A DNA stretch of 64,000 bases. Source: Acidilobaceae archaeon (GTDB taxonomy: Archaea > Thermoproteota > Thermoprotei_A > Sulfolobales > Acidilobaceae). Position numbers and translations under genes: made by a program. Each line of letters opens with the position of its first letter. Within the stretch, counting starts at the first letter, position 1. The stretch is taken from positions 14,703-78,702 of the forward strand of contig JALUAM010000002.1 in assembly GCA_027051095.1 (NCBI GenBank). Direction: 5' to 3'. Of the stretch, positions 28,098-37,718 are shown one piece after another. The notes below the pieces were generated by a model. The model was not told the origin of the DNA, did no database searches, and was given only the letters and a program-made list of their open reading frames with translations.

Positions 28098-29341
28098 CTA
28101 ACCCCCCCGAACGCGCCTTCGCTGCTAGCGCGGAGGGCTGCTGCTAAGAGCGCGGCGGGCGGAGCTAGTAATACTAGCGCCGTGAAAATGGCTTGGAGCC
28201 TAGAGGTGCTGGGCACGCGCTCGTCGGCTTCTATAGGTAGCGGGGGTAGTAGAGGCGGCTGGGTCTCGCCCAGCTCTCTCCCCCTACTAACCTCTGTTTT
28301 GTTTATCGACACGCTTAAGCCGCTGGCAGTTGTAGCCGTCACGCCTTTAACCGGCGCTATGAGGCCAAGACTGTAGGACCCCCCTGGTATGAGCGTGTAG
28401 GCGGGCCTGTAGATTCTGAGAGCGGCATAGGCTTCGTCGACTAGTGTTATGTAAAGGTAAATCCCGTCAGCCCCGACGGAGGCGCCATTATATATCATGG
28501 GGGCTGACGGGTAGAATCTATACGAGGCTAGGATTTCTCCCGAGGCAAGAGAGACTTCCACGATTAAGGGAAGCCTGCCTTCGGGTATCAATAGCGCGAG
28601 GAGCCTGCCGGGGAGGCTAGCGTAGACGGCGTGTACGGAAGCGTTAGCCCCGGGATAGCTCAGCGATATCGGCTTGCTGCCATCTATGACTATTATCAGC
28701 CCGTCTTCGCCGTAAGAGCCGTAGACGAGAGTGAAATCGTCTACTAGCCACACTCCCCTAACAACGGCGCCGTGAACATGATATGCTGTAACGTTGTTGC
28801 CGTTCAGTACCACGACTATATCTCCCGCCCAGGCGGCCTTTAGGCCGTAGACTGACGTTACAGGGCTAACCGATCTCACAGTGGAGTCTAAGCTTGCGAC
28901 GCCGGCATAGAGAAAGGCTGAACCGTCCTCGAAGTAGACTAGGTCGAATTCTCTGCCTCTCACCACGCCGAGAAGAGACCATCCAGGCCCGCAGGAAAGG
29001 CTTGCTACCTCGCCGGGCGCAGTGTAAACGCTTGCACCGTCGTCCCTGAACACGTACAGGTAGGAAAGGCCGCCGGCCCAAGCTGCAACCCATACGTGGT
29101 CTCCATCGCTGCAAGCGCTAACTGCTTGAGGCCCTACAACCCTCCATGAGCCCTTTGGCGTCGCTACCTGAAAGCCTGCAGGCAGCGATGCTACAGCTAC
29201 TTCGCCGTTCCAGTAGATTATTTTATCGGAGGACTCGAGGGCTGACACGCCTGGAGGGGTAGGAAGCATCGACGAGGAAGCAACGATCATTAAATAGAAG
29301 AGTGCTACAACTGCAGGACCCTTAGCGCTCATGGGTTTCAC
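28091..29341 (-). CDS. Hypothetical secreted beta-rich (propeller-like) protein with C-terminal TM anchor
   Basis: Signal-like N-terminus, repeated short beta strands, Pro-rich linker, TM. Confidence 0.6.
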   Translation of the reverse strand: MKPMSAKGPAVVALFYLMIVASSSMLPTPPGVSALESSDKIIYWNGEVAVASLPAGFQVATPKGSWRVVGPQAVSACSDGDHVWVAAWAGGLSYLYVFRDDGASVYTAPGEVASLSCGPGWSLLGVVRGREFDLVYFEDGSAFLYAGVASLDSTVRSVSPVTSVYGLKAAWAGDIVVVLNGNNVTAYHVHGAVVRGVWLVDDFTLVYGSYGEDGLIIVIDGSKPISLSYPGANASVHAVYASLPGRLLALLIPEGRLPLIVEVSLASGEILASYRFYPSAPMIYNGASVGADGIYLYITLVDEAYAALRIYRPAYTLIPGGSYSLGLIAPVKGVTATTASGLSVSINKTEVSRGRELGETQPPLLPPLPIEADERVPSTSRLQAIFTALVLLAPPAALLAAALRASSEGAFGGVRC

Positions 29342-29351
29342 GGCTAACCCC

Positions 29352-29870
29352 TCAGCCCTTGATAAGCTCGTTTAAGTCGACCCTCTCAACCGACCCCCTA
29401 GCTTCGACAAGTGCGTCGCGCTCTCTACAAGACAATGTGAGGACCCTGCCATCTTCTAGGGGTGTTGCTCCATAGAAGTTGAGGGGGCTCCAAGGCTTTA
29501 TCCTGTATACATTAATTATCTCGTTTATGAGCGTCATGCGGGCCACCCCATATACTAAGTCGACGCAAATGCAGCTGCCCCTAACGTGGCAGCACGCTTC
29601 ACGGCCTAGTCTGTGAATCACAGGGCAGCCGCCGCACAGCTCCTCAAGCCGCGATATTATGGTTGCTCTTGAGAGTAGCCATTCGAAGACTTTGTAACCA
29701 GCTAGCACCGATGTGGATAATATTATCACTGTTAAGGCGATTCTCGCAGCACCCTCTAGATATTTATATGTAAGAAGGATGGCGACAGAAGTGGCTATAA
29801 TGTCATAAGCCATTACGAGCAAGGCTACGACCCTATACGCCGTTTTGTAGAGATTGCACTCTTCTCTCAC
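29352..29870 (-). CDS. Hypothetical 2-TM protein with Cys-rich soluble domain
   Basis: Two hydrophobic helices; CGGC, CC and CIC; GTGA overlap with clp1 stop. Confidence 0.6.
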   Translation of the reverse strand: MREECNLYKTAYRVVALLVMAYDIIATSVAILLTYKYLEGAARIALTVIILSTSVLAGYKVFEWLLSRATIISRLEELCGGCPVIHRLGREACCHVRGSCICVDLVYGVARMTLINEIINVYRIKPWSPLNFYGATPLEDGRVLTLSCRERDALVEARGSVERVDLNELIKG

Positions 29871-31150
29871 ACCCAGATTCTACCTCTCGCTTCCTCCCTG
29901 TACTCCTCGTCGATCCTGACTCTGCCGAAGTATACCTTCTTAACCTCACCCATATACTTGGTCTTAAACGTGGCCTTGAGGCTGTCTAGGTCGATATCTA
30001 CTAGTAGCGCTGGGTAGTCGTTGCCGTCGGGGCCTGTAAGCGCAGATACGACGCCTTTCATAGTGCCTCTGGTAACGACTATAACCTCGTTCTCGCCCGC
30101 CCTTTTCTGTATAGACTTTATTACCTGCGAGTCTATAGCCCCCGGAGCATCAAGAGCTATGCATATGCCGCCCGGGTACTTAGACATGAACTTAACCTTG
30201 TAGCCTGTCTGAGACTCCACGGCAGCCTTTATAGACTCGTTCTCATAGGGTGGCATGCCAAGGCATCCGCCCTGAACTTTAACCTTAGTGAGGTCTATCA
30301 CTCTTTCCTCGCCCTCTAGGAATCTCCTATAGTTCTCGCTTCTGAGTTCCCTACGATCCTCTACGCTCCTGGCAGCTAGGACCTGGGGGCTCCTGACAAA
30401 GGCCACCTCAGCGTCCACTACTCTCTGCAAGTACGAGTATAGGTAATGGTCTCCTAGGACTACGACGTAGTGAGCCCTGGCAAGCCTTGCGAGGTCGGCC
30501 TTGTACTCTAGTGCGGCCCACCCTGTTACCCAGCCGTCTGTGTCTATGAATACGTTAGCTGCTCCCCGCGCCTTCGAAAGGCTGACTAGGCTGGCAACCG
30601 ATGAGAGGATCCTACCAGCTACGGGCCCAGGCTCTATGGAGCCCACGAAGCGTATGGCATCGGGGTTAAGCTGCCTAAGCCATAGAACCCAGGAGTCGGG
30701 CATGGACATGGATACAAAGCCTGGCGGGCCGATATCGGCTTGGCCTACGTCAGCGTCAATCACGGCCGGAGGTAGACCTCTAAGAAGACTCCTATTAGCT
30801 AGCAGGGCGGTGAAACTAGTCTTGCCAGAGTCTGTCGGCCCCATAACGGCTACTACGCATCCGTCAGGGCACGAGTCTATTATCGAGTCTGCTATCGTAA
30901 CCCACTCGTCTAGAGGCTCCTCGCCGTCGGCGGGTATCTCTACTTTACCCCTTCCCATAAGCTCGATCTCCACTCTAGACGACTTAACGCCTTTAAGAAG
31001 ATAGCTTCTCCTGCTGCTCACGTAAACCTCCTCGCCGGGCCCTAGCTCCGCGCCTAGTATCATGGAGAGGCCGGAGACTACTCTAACCCGTGCAGGCCCG
31101 AAGATCCTTAGGCCCTCGCCTTCAGCTAGGTCCACGGTAAACCTTGGCAA
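29867..31150 (-). CDS. clp1: Clp1/Nol9-family polynucleotide 5'-kinase
   Basis: GPTDSGKT, DADVGQADIGPPG, IDTDGW; N-terminal beta-sandwich extension. Confidence 0.9.
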   Translation of the reverse strand: MPRFTVDLAEGEGLRIFGPARVRVVSGLSMILGAELGPGEEVYVSSRRSYLLKGVKSSRVEIELMGRGKVEIPADGEEPLDEWVTIADSIIDSCPDGCVVAVMGPTDSGKTSFTALLANRSLLRGLPPAVIDADVGQADIGPPGFVSMSMPDSWVLWLRQLNPDAIRFVGSIEPGPVAGRILSSVASLVSLSKARGAANVFIDTDGWVTGWAALEYKADLARLARAHYVVVLGDHYLYSYLQRVVDAEVAFVRSPQVLAARSVEDRRELRSENYRRFLEGEERVIDLTKVKVQGGCLGMPPYENESIKAAVESQTGYKVKFMSKYPGGICIALDAPGAIDSQVIKSIQKRAGENEVIVVTRGTMKGVVSALTGPDGNDYPALLVDIDLDSLKATFKTKYMGEVKKVYFGRVRIDEEYREEARGRIWV

Positions 31151-31208
31151 ACTGCACTCTCCCCCGGGTTAAAGCAAATTAGCCGTTGAACCCTCAAATC
31201 CTGCTCAT

Positions 31209-31269
31209 GGGATGATGACCTGGGCCCTAACTTCTGAGAGAGAATGAAGAAGTTTTCGCGTGCTGACCC
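31209..31269 (+). ncRNA. C/D-box methylation guide sRNA
   Basis: GG-G, C ATGATGA (31212), D' CTGA (31234), C' ATGAAGA (31244), D CTGA (31263), CCC; canonical spacing. Confidence 0.85.
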
Positions 31270-31290
31270 CTATTACGAGGGTTGAGTAGC

Positions 31291-31767
31291 ATGCTACTCG
31301 TATTCTTTAGGCACGGGAAGGCCGAGCCTCCTAGGGGTGTTAGCGACGAGGAGAGAAGACTTACTAGCGAGGGCAGGCGTGACGTTGAGCTCGTGTCAAG
31401 GCTTCTCCCGGCTAAACCTAAAGTGATTTTGTCAAGCCCGCTGAAGAGGGCTGTAGAGACGGCAGAAATAATTGCTCGGACTTGGCGCGTCGGCGAGGTC
31501 AAGATAACTGATAGGCTTAGACCAGACTCTCCGTCTGGAGTGGACGCGCTCCGCGATCTCGATGTAAAGGATGGCTATGTTCTGGTAGGCCATAATCCTT
31601 GGATTTTGGAGACCGTTGAAGAACTCGTGGGGGGTAGACTCGAGGTGCCCGCTGGCTCGTTTGCTGCTGTCGAGGTTGAGGAGTTAAAGCCCGGGGGAGG
31701 GATATTAGTGGCTTTAGTGAACCCGCAGCTAGCTAGAAACCTAGAGGGCTCCGGAGGACAGGGTTAG
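31291..31767 (+). CDS. sixA: SixA-like histidine phosphatase
   Basis: RHG, SSPLKRAVETA, LVGHNP. Confidence 0.85.
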   Translation: MLLVFFRHGKAEPPRGVSDEERRLTSEGRRDVELVSRLLPAKPKVILSSPLKRAVETAEIIARTWRVGEVKITDRLRPDSPSGVDALRDLDVKDGYVLVGHNPWILETVEELVGGRLEVPAGSFAAVEVEELKPGGGILVALVNPQLARNLEGSGGQG

Positions 31768-31831
31768 CATAGCGGGTAAAAATCCTGGGGGCACTATTAT
31801 GAAGCGAACGTAGGCGGATCGGTGCGGCGTC

Positions 31832-32383
31832 ATGCATGGTAAAGGCATGAATCCCGCGCTTCTCGCTGTGCTCTTGCTGCCCTGGCTGGCATTTATTGCT
31901 TCGGCGGTAGTGGGGTACATGCAGCCAAACTACGACCTAGTTAGAGGGTTCGCTGAGGCTGTCAGGTCTGAGTTTGCAGGGTTAGACCCCTTCGCTCAAG
32001 TGCTCTTTATATTTGCTTCAAACATGCTGACTACTATGCTAGTCTACCTGTTATCGCTCGCTGTGGTAGTCCCCGGGATGGTGTTGATAATTTTCAATGG
32101 CTACCTGGTCGGCGCAGTGATATCCTTCGCAGTCAACGAGGCGGGCCTGACCCTCGTTCAGGCTCTAGCACTCATACTGCCTCACGGTTCCATAGAGATC
32201 CCAGCATTCTTGGGCGCGGCTAGCAGCGGCGTATACTGTTTCCTTAGGTGTCGGAGTGTATCCTACTTTATCAGGTTCACTGTGAGGGTTGTAGCAGTGG
32301 TTGCAGTGCTTCTAATGGTGGCTGCTGTAGTAGAAGTCTTCATAACGCCGGTGATTGGAAGAAGCGTGGGGGCTCCAATTTGA
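31832..32383 (+). CDS. SpoIIM/DUF95 membrane protein
   Basis: IFASN, NG..VG, LPHGSIEIPA, AAVVEVFITP. Confidence 0.85.
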   Translation: MHGKGMNPALLAVLLLPWLAFIASAVVGYMQPNYDLVRGFAEAVRSEFAGLDPFAQVLFIFASNMLTTMLVYLLSLAVVVPGMVLIIFNGYLVGAVISFAVNEAGLTLVQALALILPHGSIEIPAFLGAASSGVYCFLRCRSVSYFIRFTVRVVAVVAVLLMVAAVVEVFITPVIGRSVGAPI

Positions 32384-33234
32384 GGGCTAGAAGGTCTAGG
32401 ACCTGCTGCTCCGAGGCCGGTGAGGGCTGCCAGGCTGTCATCATAGCGGAGAGGGCCGACGGGGAGAGGCGTAGCTACCATGTACGTCTCTCGAAGGCAG
32501 CCGCCTACACTACCATAGCCGGCGTTTTGAGAGCGACTGAAGTTTTAGACGAGGGTTGGGGGCTCGTAGTCGAGGGTAGAACTGGTAGGCTCGCTGTGGT
32601 TCCTCCAACGATCTTCGACTTGATGGAGGGGGGGCTAGAGAGGAAGACGCAGGTCATATACCCTAAGGACCTGGGATTGATAGCGCTGTTAGCCGGCATA
32701 AGGCCGGGAAGCGTCGTCCTCGAAGCTGGATCGGGTAGCGGGTTCCTCACTATTATGGCGGCGCTTGTAGTCTGCCCCGAGGGCAGGGTGTATAGCTACG
32801 ATGTTAACAGGGATTATTTAATCGCGGCTAGGAGGAACGTGGAGGCCGTGGGGCTTTCTGACTGCGTGGAGTTCAGGTTAGGCGACGTCAGGAGGTTCGA
32901 TTCTCTTAGAGACCTGCCTCTGCTGGATGCAGTGTTGCTTGACATGCCCGACCCGTGGAATGCCCTGCCCGCACTGTATTGCAAGCTGAGAATGGGCGCC
33001 CCAGCGGTGTTATTCCTACCCACCGCTAATCAGCTAGTTAAGCTACACGAGAATCTACCCCCAGGCTGGTTTATACAGGATGCATTCGAGACTATGGCGA
33101 GAAGGGTAGAAATTAGGAGGGATGCGGTGAGGCCAGGTCAATGGCTTGCCGGCTTCACGGGCTACATAGTTGTCCTAAGAAAGGTCAAGGGCGGCTCGGA
33201 GGCCTGCGTGGACGCCTCACAGGGTCGGTCATAG
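32380..33234 (+). CDS. trmI: tRNA (adenine-N1)-methyltransferase
   Basis: TQVIYPKD, EAGSGSG, LDMPDPW, VRP..FTGY; TTGA overlap start. Confidence 0.9.
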   Translation: MRARRSRTCCSEAGEGCQAVIIAERADGERRSYHVRLSKAAAYTTIAGVLRATEVLDEGWGLVVEGRTGRLAVVPPTIFDLMEGGLERKTQVIYPKDLGLIALLAGIRPGSVVLEAGSGSGFLTIMAALVVCPEGRVYSYDVNRDYLIAARRNVEAVGLSDCVEFRLGDVRRFDSLRDLPLLDAVLLDMPDPWNALPALYCKLRMGAPAVLFLPTANQLVKLHENLPPGWFIQDAFETMARRVEIRRDAVRPGQWLAGFTGYIVVLRKVKGGSEACVDASQGRS

Positions 33235-33260
33235 CAGAGCTCTCCAGCTTGCACCCCTCC

Positions 33261-34262
33261 TCATAGCCGCCCTCCACAGATAAGTGTTAAAGCGTCGGCG
33301 ACTATTTTAGCGGCTTCAATGACATCCGACACTTTTATATATTCAATGTTTGAGTGGCTTAGTCTCGAATCTCCGGGTCCGAATGCTACAATACTACCCG
33401 TCATCGAGGCTAATATATTCATGTCACTGGTTCCCCGCTTTACCGTTAGCCTAGGCTTCAAGCCCCTGCTTAACATGGCCCTCTGCAGCGCCCTGACTAT
33501 GGGGGCCTGCGGTTTGACGCGCACGGGCGGCGTGTACGACAAGGCTCTGACTCTACACCCTCTCGGTAACACTAGTGAGAGGCTTTCGCGTTCAAGCCTC
33601 ACATCTATCATAGCGGTCGAGCTGCCCGGTAAGACGTTATGCGCAGCGGCTGTAGAGCGTAGCATTGTCATGGCTGAGGACCTGGCGCTCGCCTTAAGCG
33701 ACTCGTAGGCCTCAATGATCTTTGATAGGGCCGAGTCGCCTACTTCAGGGCTTGAAGCATGGCCACCGGTGCCCCTGCACTCTATAACTAAGGGGTTAGA
33801 ACCCATGTAGCCTATTACTATCGAGAGTCCCGTAGGCTCCCCTACTATAATATGTTCGAACTCCTCTTTAGACGCTAGCAGGGCGAGAGCCCCTCTGCTG
33901 TCGCCCTCCTCGCCTGCAAGCCCGGAGACCCTCACCCTGCAGCCCTCGACTAGAAGCCCTGCTAGGATGAATGATGCGAGGGGGCCTTTAGCGTCTACAG
34001 CCCCCCTTCCATAGATAAGGTCGCCTTCAACTCTAACATCTATGAAGCCCGGCACTGTGTCGATATGCCCAGCTAATAGCACTCTAGGCCCGCTACCACC
34101 TCTCTCCGCATGAAAGCTACCCTGATCATCAACCCATGCTTCCTCGTAGCCAAGTTTTAAGGCCTCCTTAGACGCTATCCGTGAGGCTTTGAACTCGCTG
34201 CCAGTAGGGCTATATGCCTCGAGGAGTCTCTTTAATAGTTCGATAACCTTCTCTCTACTCAA
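33261..34262 (-). CDS. lysK: [LysW]-lysine/ornithine hydrolase (M20)
   Basis: GHIDTVPG, GRGAVDAKG, EE, GEP, GTSDMN, GPGDS.LSH. Confidence 0.9.
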   Translation of the reverse strand: MSREKVIELLKRLLEAYSPTGSEFKASRIASKEALKLGYEEAWVDDQGSFHAERGGSGPRVLLAGHIDTVPGFIDVRVEGDLIYGRGAVDAKGPLASFILAGLLVEGCRVRVSGLAGEEGDSRGALALLASKEEFEHIIVGEPTGLSIVIGYMGSNPLVIECRGTGGHASSPEVGDSALSKIIEAYESLKASARSSAMTMLRSTAAAHNVLPGSSTAMIDVRLERESLSLVLPRGCRVRALSYTPPVRVKPQAPIVRALQRAMLSRGLKPRLTVKRGTSDMNILASMTGSIVAFGPGDSRLSHSNIEYIKVSDVIEAAKIVADALTLICGGRL

Positions 34263-35403
34263 TACACTTTGCAAGGGCATCCGCAGCCTCCTCCACGTCA
34301 GACTCTTCAATTATATAGGGAGGGAGGAACCTAACAGTGGTGGCCCCGGCTTTAAGAGCTAGTATACCGTTGTCTTGTAAGCACTTCAGCGCGGGCCCCG
34401 GGGGCTTTCTTAGCTCCACACCCACCATTAAGCCCTTCACCCTGATATCCCTCACAAGCCTCTTGCCTTCAAGCTTAGACTTTAGTTCCTCCTCGAATAT
34501 TGTCCCCATGCGTGATGCCTTCTCGGGCACTCTATCGTTGATCAGGACTTCCACCGCGGCGGCTACTGCGGCTGAGGCCAGGGGGTTGCCTCCGTGGGTG
34601 GAGCCGTACTCGCTCCTTTCCAAGGCGTTGAACTCGTGCTTAACCATTACCAGGCTTACGGGCACGCCGCCTCCTATGCTCTTGCCCGCCGTGAATACGT
34701 CTGGCTCGACACCATAGCATATCCAGCTCCAGGCACATCCTATTCTGCCGAAGCCTGCCTGAACATCGTCTATGATAAGTAGGGCTCCCCGCTCGCGCGT
34801 GACTTTTCTCACTGCCTGCACGAACTCCTTAGCGGCAGGCACCACGCCACCCTCTCCTAGGACAGTCTCCATTATGACTGCTGCTGTATCGTCATCTACA
34901 TAATTATCTATAGAATAAGGGTCGTTGTATGGCGCGAACACCACCGGGTAGCCGTTGGCGGCGAACACCCCCCTATACGCAGGGTTCCATGTGACGGAGA
35001 GTGAGCCAAGCGTCCTACCATGGAATGAGCCTTTAAACGCTACTATCTTCCTTCTACCGGTAGCCTTGATAGCTATCTTAAGGGCTAGCTCGACCGCCTC
35101 GGTGCCAGTGTTAAGCATGTACATGATCCAGCGTCCCGGGGTTATGCGGCCGATGCTTTCTGCAGCCTTCTCCCTCCAGGGAGTCGAGAAAGAAGCGGCA
35201 ACTGCTAGTAGCCCGGAGGCTAGAACCTCTCTTATAGCGGCTATGATCTTGGGGTTAGCGTGGCCTAAAAACGCTGCCCCGTGGCCGGCATGGAGGTCTA
35301 AATATCTCCTCCCTTTATCATCCCACACGTACTTTCCCTCGCCTCTAACTATGCGAAGACCTCTCTCCCCATAGACGCGCGCAAGTTCAACGAGGCCCTC
35401 CAG
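34255..35403 (-). CDS. lysJ: [LysW]-aminoadipate semialdehyde transaminase; CTG start proposed
   Basis: Conserved YGERGLRIVRGEGKYVWD lies upstream of the first standard start; FHGRT, DDVQAG, GKSIGGG, STHGGNP. Confidence 0.9.
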   Translation of the reverse strand: MEGLVELARVYGERGLRIVRGEGKYVWDDKGRRYLDLHAGHGAAFLGHANPKIIAAIREVLASGLLAVAASFSTPWREKAAESIGRITPGRWIMYMLNTGTEAVELALKIAIKATGRRKIVAFKGSFHGRTLGSLSVTWNPAYRGVFAANGYPVVFAPYNDPYSIDNYVDDDTAAVIMETVLGEGGVVPAAKEFVQAVRKVTRERGALLIIDDVQAGFGRIGCAWSWICYGVEPDVFTAGKSIGGGVPVSLVMVKHEFNALERSEYGSTHGGNPLASAAVAAAVEVLINDRVPEKASRMGTIFEEELKSKLEGKRLVRDIRVKGLMVGVELRKPPGPALKCLQDNGILALKAGATTVRFLPPYIIEESDVEEAADALAKCIE

Positions 35404-35409
35404 GCCTGT

Positions 35410-36252
35410 TCACCTCTTCGCTCTCCCAATCAAATATGAGACTATAAGTTTTTCTATCGGCGTGCCAGTCGCATGTCTTAACGCCTTGAACTCGGGTACG
35501 CCATTAACCTCTAGCACCTTGAATCCATTCTCACCCCTGATCAGGTCTACACCGGCGATTTCAGCTCCTAGAGCCTCTGAAGCCTTGATAGCTAGGTCCT
35601 CTGCTTCCGGCGGCAGCTTAGCTGGCCTAACACTAGCGCCTCTAGCGGCGTTAGCGCGCCAGTCGCTTCTAGCTATTCTCTCCATGGAGGCTACCGTTTC
35701 GCCGCCTATAACGAACACCCTATAGTCTCGGCCTCCTGGGCCTATGAACTCCTGCACCACGTGTAACCTTGAGGGAGGGCAGCGGGAGAACTCCTTGAGC
35801 TCGACCATCTGCGCTAGGGTATCCGGGTCAGGACTCTTAAACGAGTTAAGACCCCATCCGCCGCAGCAGGGCTTGACAACTACGGGGTACCCTAGATCGT
35901 TGGAAGCAGCTAGCGTGGATTCTAGGCCTAGAGCAAGGTAGGACCTGGGGACTGGTAGCCCGTTGACTGCCAAGAATGCTAGGCTCAAGGCCTTGTCGCC
36001 TGTGATAGCTAGGGCTCTGTAGCTGTTAACGGTCTCAACGCCCCAAGCCTCGAAGAAGCCGGCGGCTGCCAGTGCTACAAGCCTGCTCATAGCCCTAACA
36101 AGGGCGACGCTGTAACCGCTAGGGGGCTCCGTTAGCTGCAGGGGGCTACGCCCTGGATTCACTAATTCGACTCTTACTCCAGATTCCAGGAAGGCTTTGT
36201 AGAGAGCCTTCTCCTCCCACCTCACAACATCCACTACCAAAGCGGCCTTGAT
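35410..36252 (-). CDS. lysX: LysX/ArgX ATP-grasp ligase; ATC start proposed
   Basis: (M)KAALVVDVVRWEEK, VVKP..GGWG, RDYR, WRANAARG, EVNGVPEF. Confidence 0.9.
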   Translation of the reverse strand: MKAALVVDVVRWEEKALYKAFLESGVRVELVNPGRSPLQLTEPPSGYSVALVRAMSRLVALAAAGFFEAWGVETVNSYRALAITGDKALSLAFLAVNGLPVPRSYLALGLESTLAASNDLGYPVVVKPCCGGWGLNSFKSPDPDTLAQMVELKEFSRCPPSRLHVVQEFIGPGGRDYRVFVIGGETVASMERIARSDWRANAARGASVRPAKLPPEAEDLAIKASEALGAEIAGVDLIRGENGFKVLEVNGVPEFKALRHATGTPIEKLIVSYLIGRAKR

Positions 36253-36254
36253 AA

Positions 36255-36422
36255 CTACTCACCCCAGTCCTCGTAGACGCCCTCTAGCGGCTTGAGGACG
36301 ACCTCTCCATTGACAAGTTTGACCTCTAAGGTTACACCACAATCGTGCTCTACGATCTCTCCGTCCACTACGTCGTCAGGAAGCTCGAAGGTGATTTTAC
36401 ATATGGGGCATGTAGCTTTCAA
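36255..36422 (-). CDS. lysW: Amino-group carrier protein LysW
   Basis: CPIC...HDCG Zn ribbon and C-terminal EDWGE; TTG start. Confidence 0.95.
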   Translation of the reverse strand: MKATCPICKITFELPDDVVDGEIVEHDCGVTLEVKLVNGEVVLKPLEGVYEDWGE

Positions 36423-36641
36423 CGCACGTCCCCCGGGGGAAGGGTGAAGCAGTGGATTAATAATGGTTGCTTTCATAACTAATATGATACATAAGTAACT
36501 TAAGGGTTCTGCGGTTTCCGAGGGTATAGGAGAGCCTCTCCTCTTTTTAGCAATGCGCATTTAGTTCTCCATGGAGTCACGTGTATAACTTTAACAGTGT
36601 CGCAATGTAACTACGCCTGGATACATGAGGGGTGGCCCGGC

Positions 36642-37706
36642 CTGGTTAGGGTAGCAGTAGCGGGCGCCAGCGGCTATACAGGAGGAGAGTTGCTTAGGCT
36701 ACTATTATTTCATAGGGAGGCCGAGGTCGTGTATGCTAGTAGCCGCGAGTACGCTGGAAAGCCGATTCACTTCGCACACCCCCACCTTAGAGGGTTTTAC
36801 AGATCCCTGAGATTCTCTCAGCTATCGATAGATTCGATTTTGAAAGCAGACCCCGATGCAGTGTTCATGGCGTTACCTCACGGTGTCGGCACTCGCTTGA
36901 CAGCGGAGCTAGTAGAGAGCGGCATGTTAGTAGTCGACCTCAGCGCTGATTACAGGCTAAAGGATCCATCCGTTTATAAGGAGTGGTATGGGGTAGAGCA
37001 TCCCTACCCCGACTTACTGGAGAAAGCTGTGTACGGGCTGCCCGAGATTAGAAGAGACGAGTTGAAGAGTGCTAAGCTGATAGCGTCGCCTGGCTGTAAC
37101 GCGACGGCGGCTATAATAGCAGTTGCGCCTTTAGCCTCCTCCGGCCTCTTAGAAGGCATTGTAGTTGTGGATGTTAAGGCCGGTAGTAGCGAGGCGGGGG
37201 GCAAGCCTGCCAGGTCTAGCCATCACCCGGAGAGAGAGGGATCCATAAGACCGTATAGTGTTCAGGGCGGTCATAGGCATCAAGCCGAGGCTGAGCAGGA
37301 GTTGTCGAGGCTCGCGGGTAAGCCTATAAAAGTTTCTATGGCTGCTCATGCGGTCTCATCTGTCAGAGGGGCCCTTGCTTCAGCCCATGTAGTGGTGGGT
37401 GAAGGGGCTGATGCTAGCTTAGAGAGGGTTTGGCGCCTCTACGCTTCCATGTACGGAAAGGAGCCCTTTGTGAGACTGGTCCATCCAGTTCTATCTCCTC
37501 GAGGGATTGACGTTAAATATGTAATAGGAAGTAATTTCGTTGATGTAACTGTGGGCGTTGACGAAAAAGCAGGCCGAATCACGGCTTACTCCGCGCTGGA
37601 CAATCTTGTTAAGGGCGCGGCGGGGCAGGCCATTCAAGCGTTCAACATAGCCATGGGGTTTAAGGAGGAGGAGGGACTCTACTATCCGCCTCTTCACCCA
37701 GCTTGA
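36642..37706 (+). CDS. lysY: [LysW]-aminoadipate phosphate reductase (ArgC-like); CTG start proposed
   Basis: VAGASGYTGGELLRLL, DLSADYRL, PGCNAT, DNLVKGAAGQA. Confidence 0.92.
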   Translation: MVRVAVAGASGYTGGELLRLLLFHREAEVVYASSREYAGKPIHFAHPHLRGFYRSLRFSQLSIDSILKADPDAVFMALPHGVGTRLTAELVESGMLVVDLSADYRLKDPSVYKEWYGVEHPYPDLLEKAVYGLPEIRRDELKSAKLIASPGCNATAAIIAVAPLASSGLLEGIVVVDVKAGSSEAGGKPARSSHHPEREGSIRPYSVQGGHRHQAEAEQELSRLAGKPIKVSMAAHAVSSVRGALASAHVVVGEGADASLERVWRLYASMYGKEPFVRLVHPVLSPRGIDVKYVIGSNFVDVTVGVDEKAGRITAYSALDNLVKGAAGQAIQAFNIAMGFKEEEGLYYPPLHPA

Positions 37707-37718
37707 AGGTGGGCAGTA

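Noticed and set aside
36504-36520. GGTTCTGCGGTTTCC as a LysM operator
   Set aside because: Only partial similarity, GC-rich centre, and no lysM in the cluster
36423-36641. ORF-track N-terminal extensions of lysW (to 36560) and lysY (from 36597)
   Set aside because: Non-homologous sequence spanning the divergent promoter region
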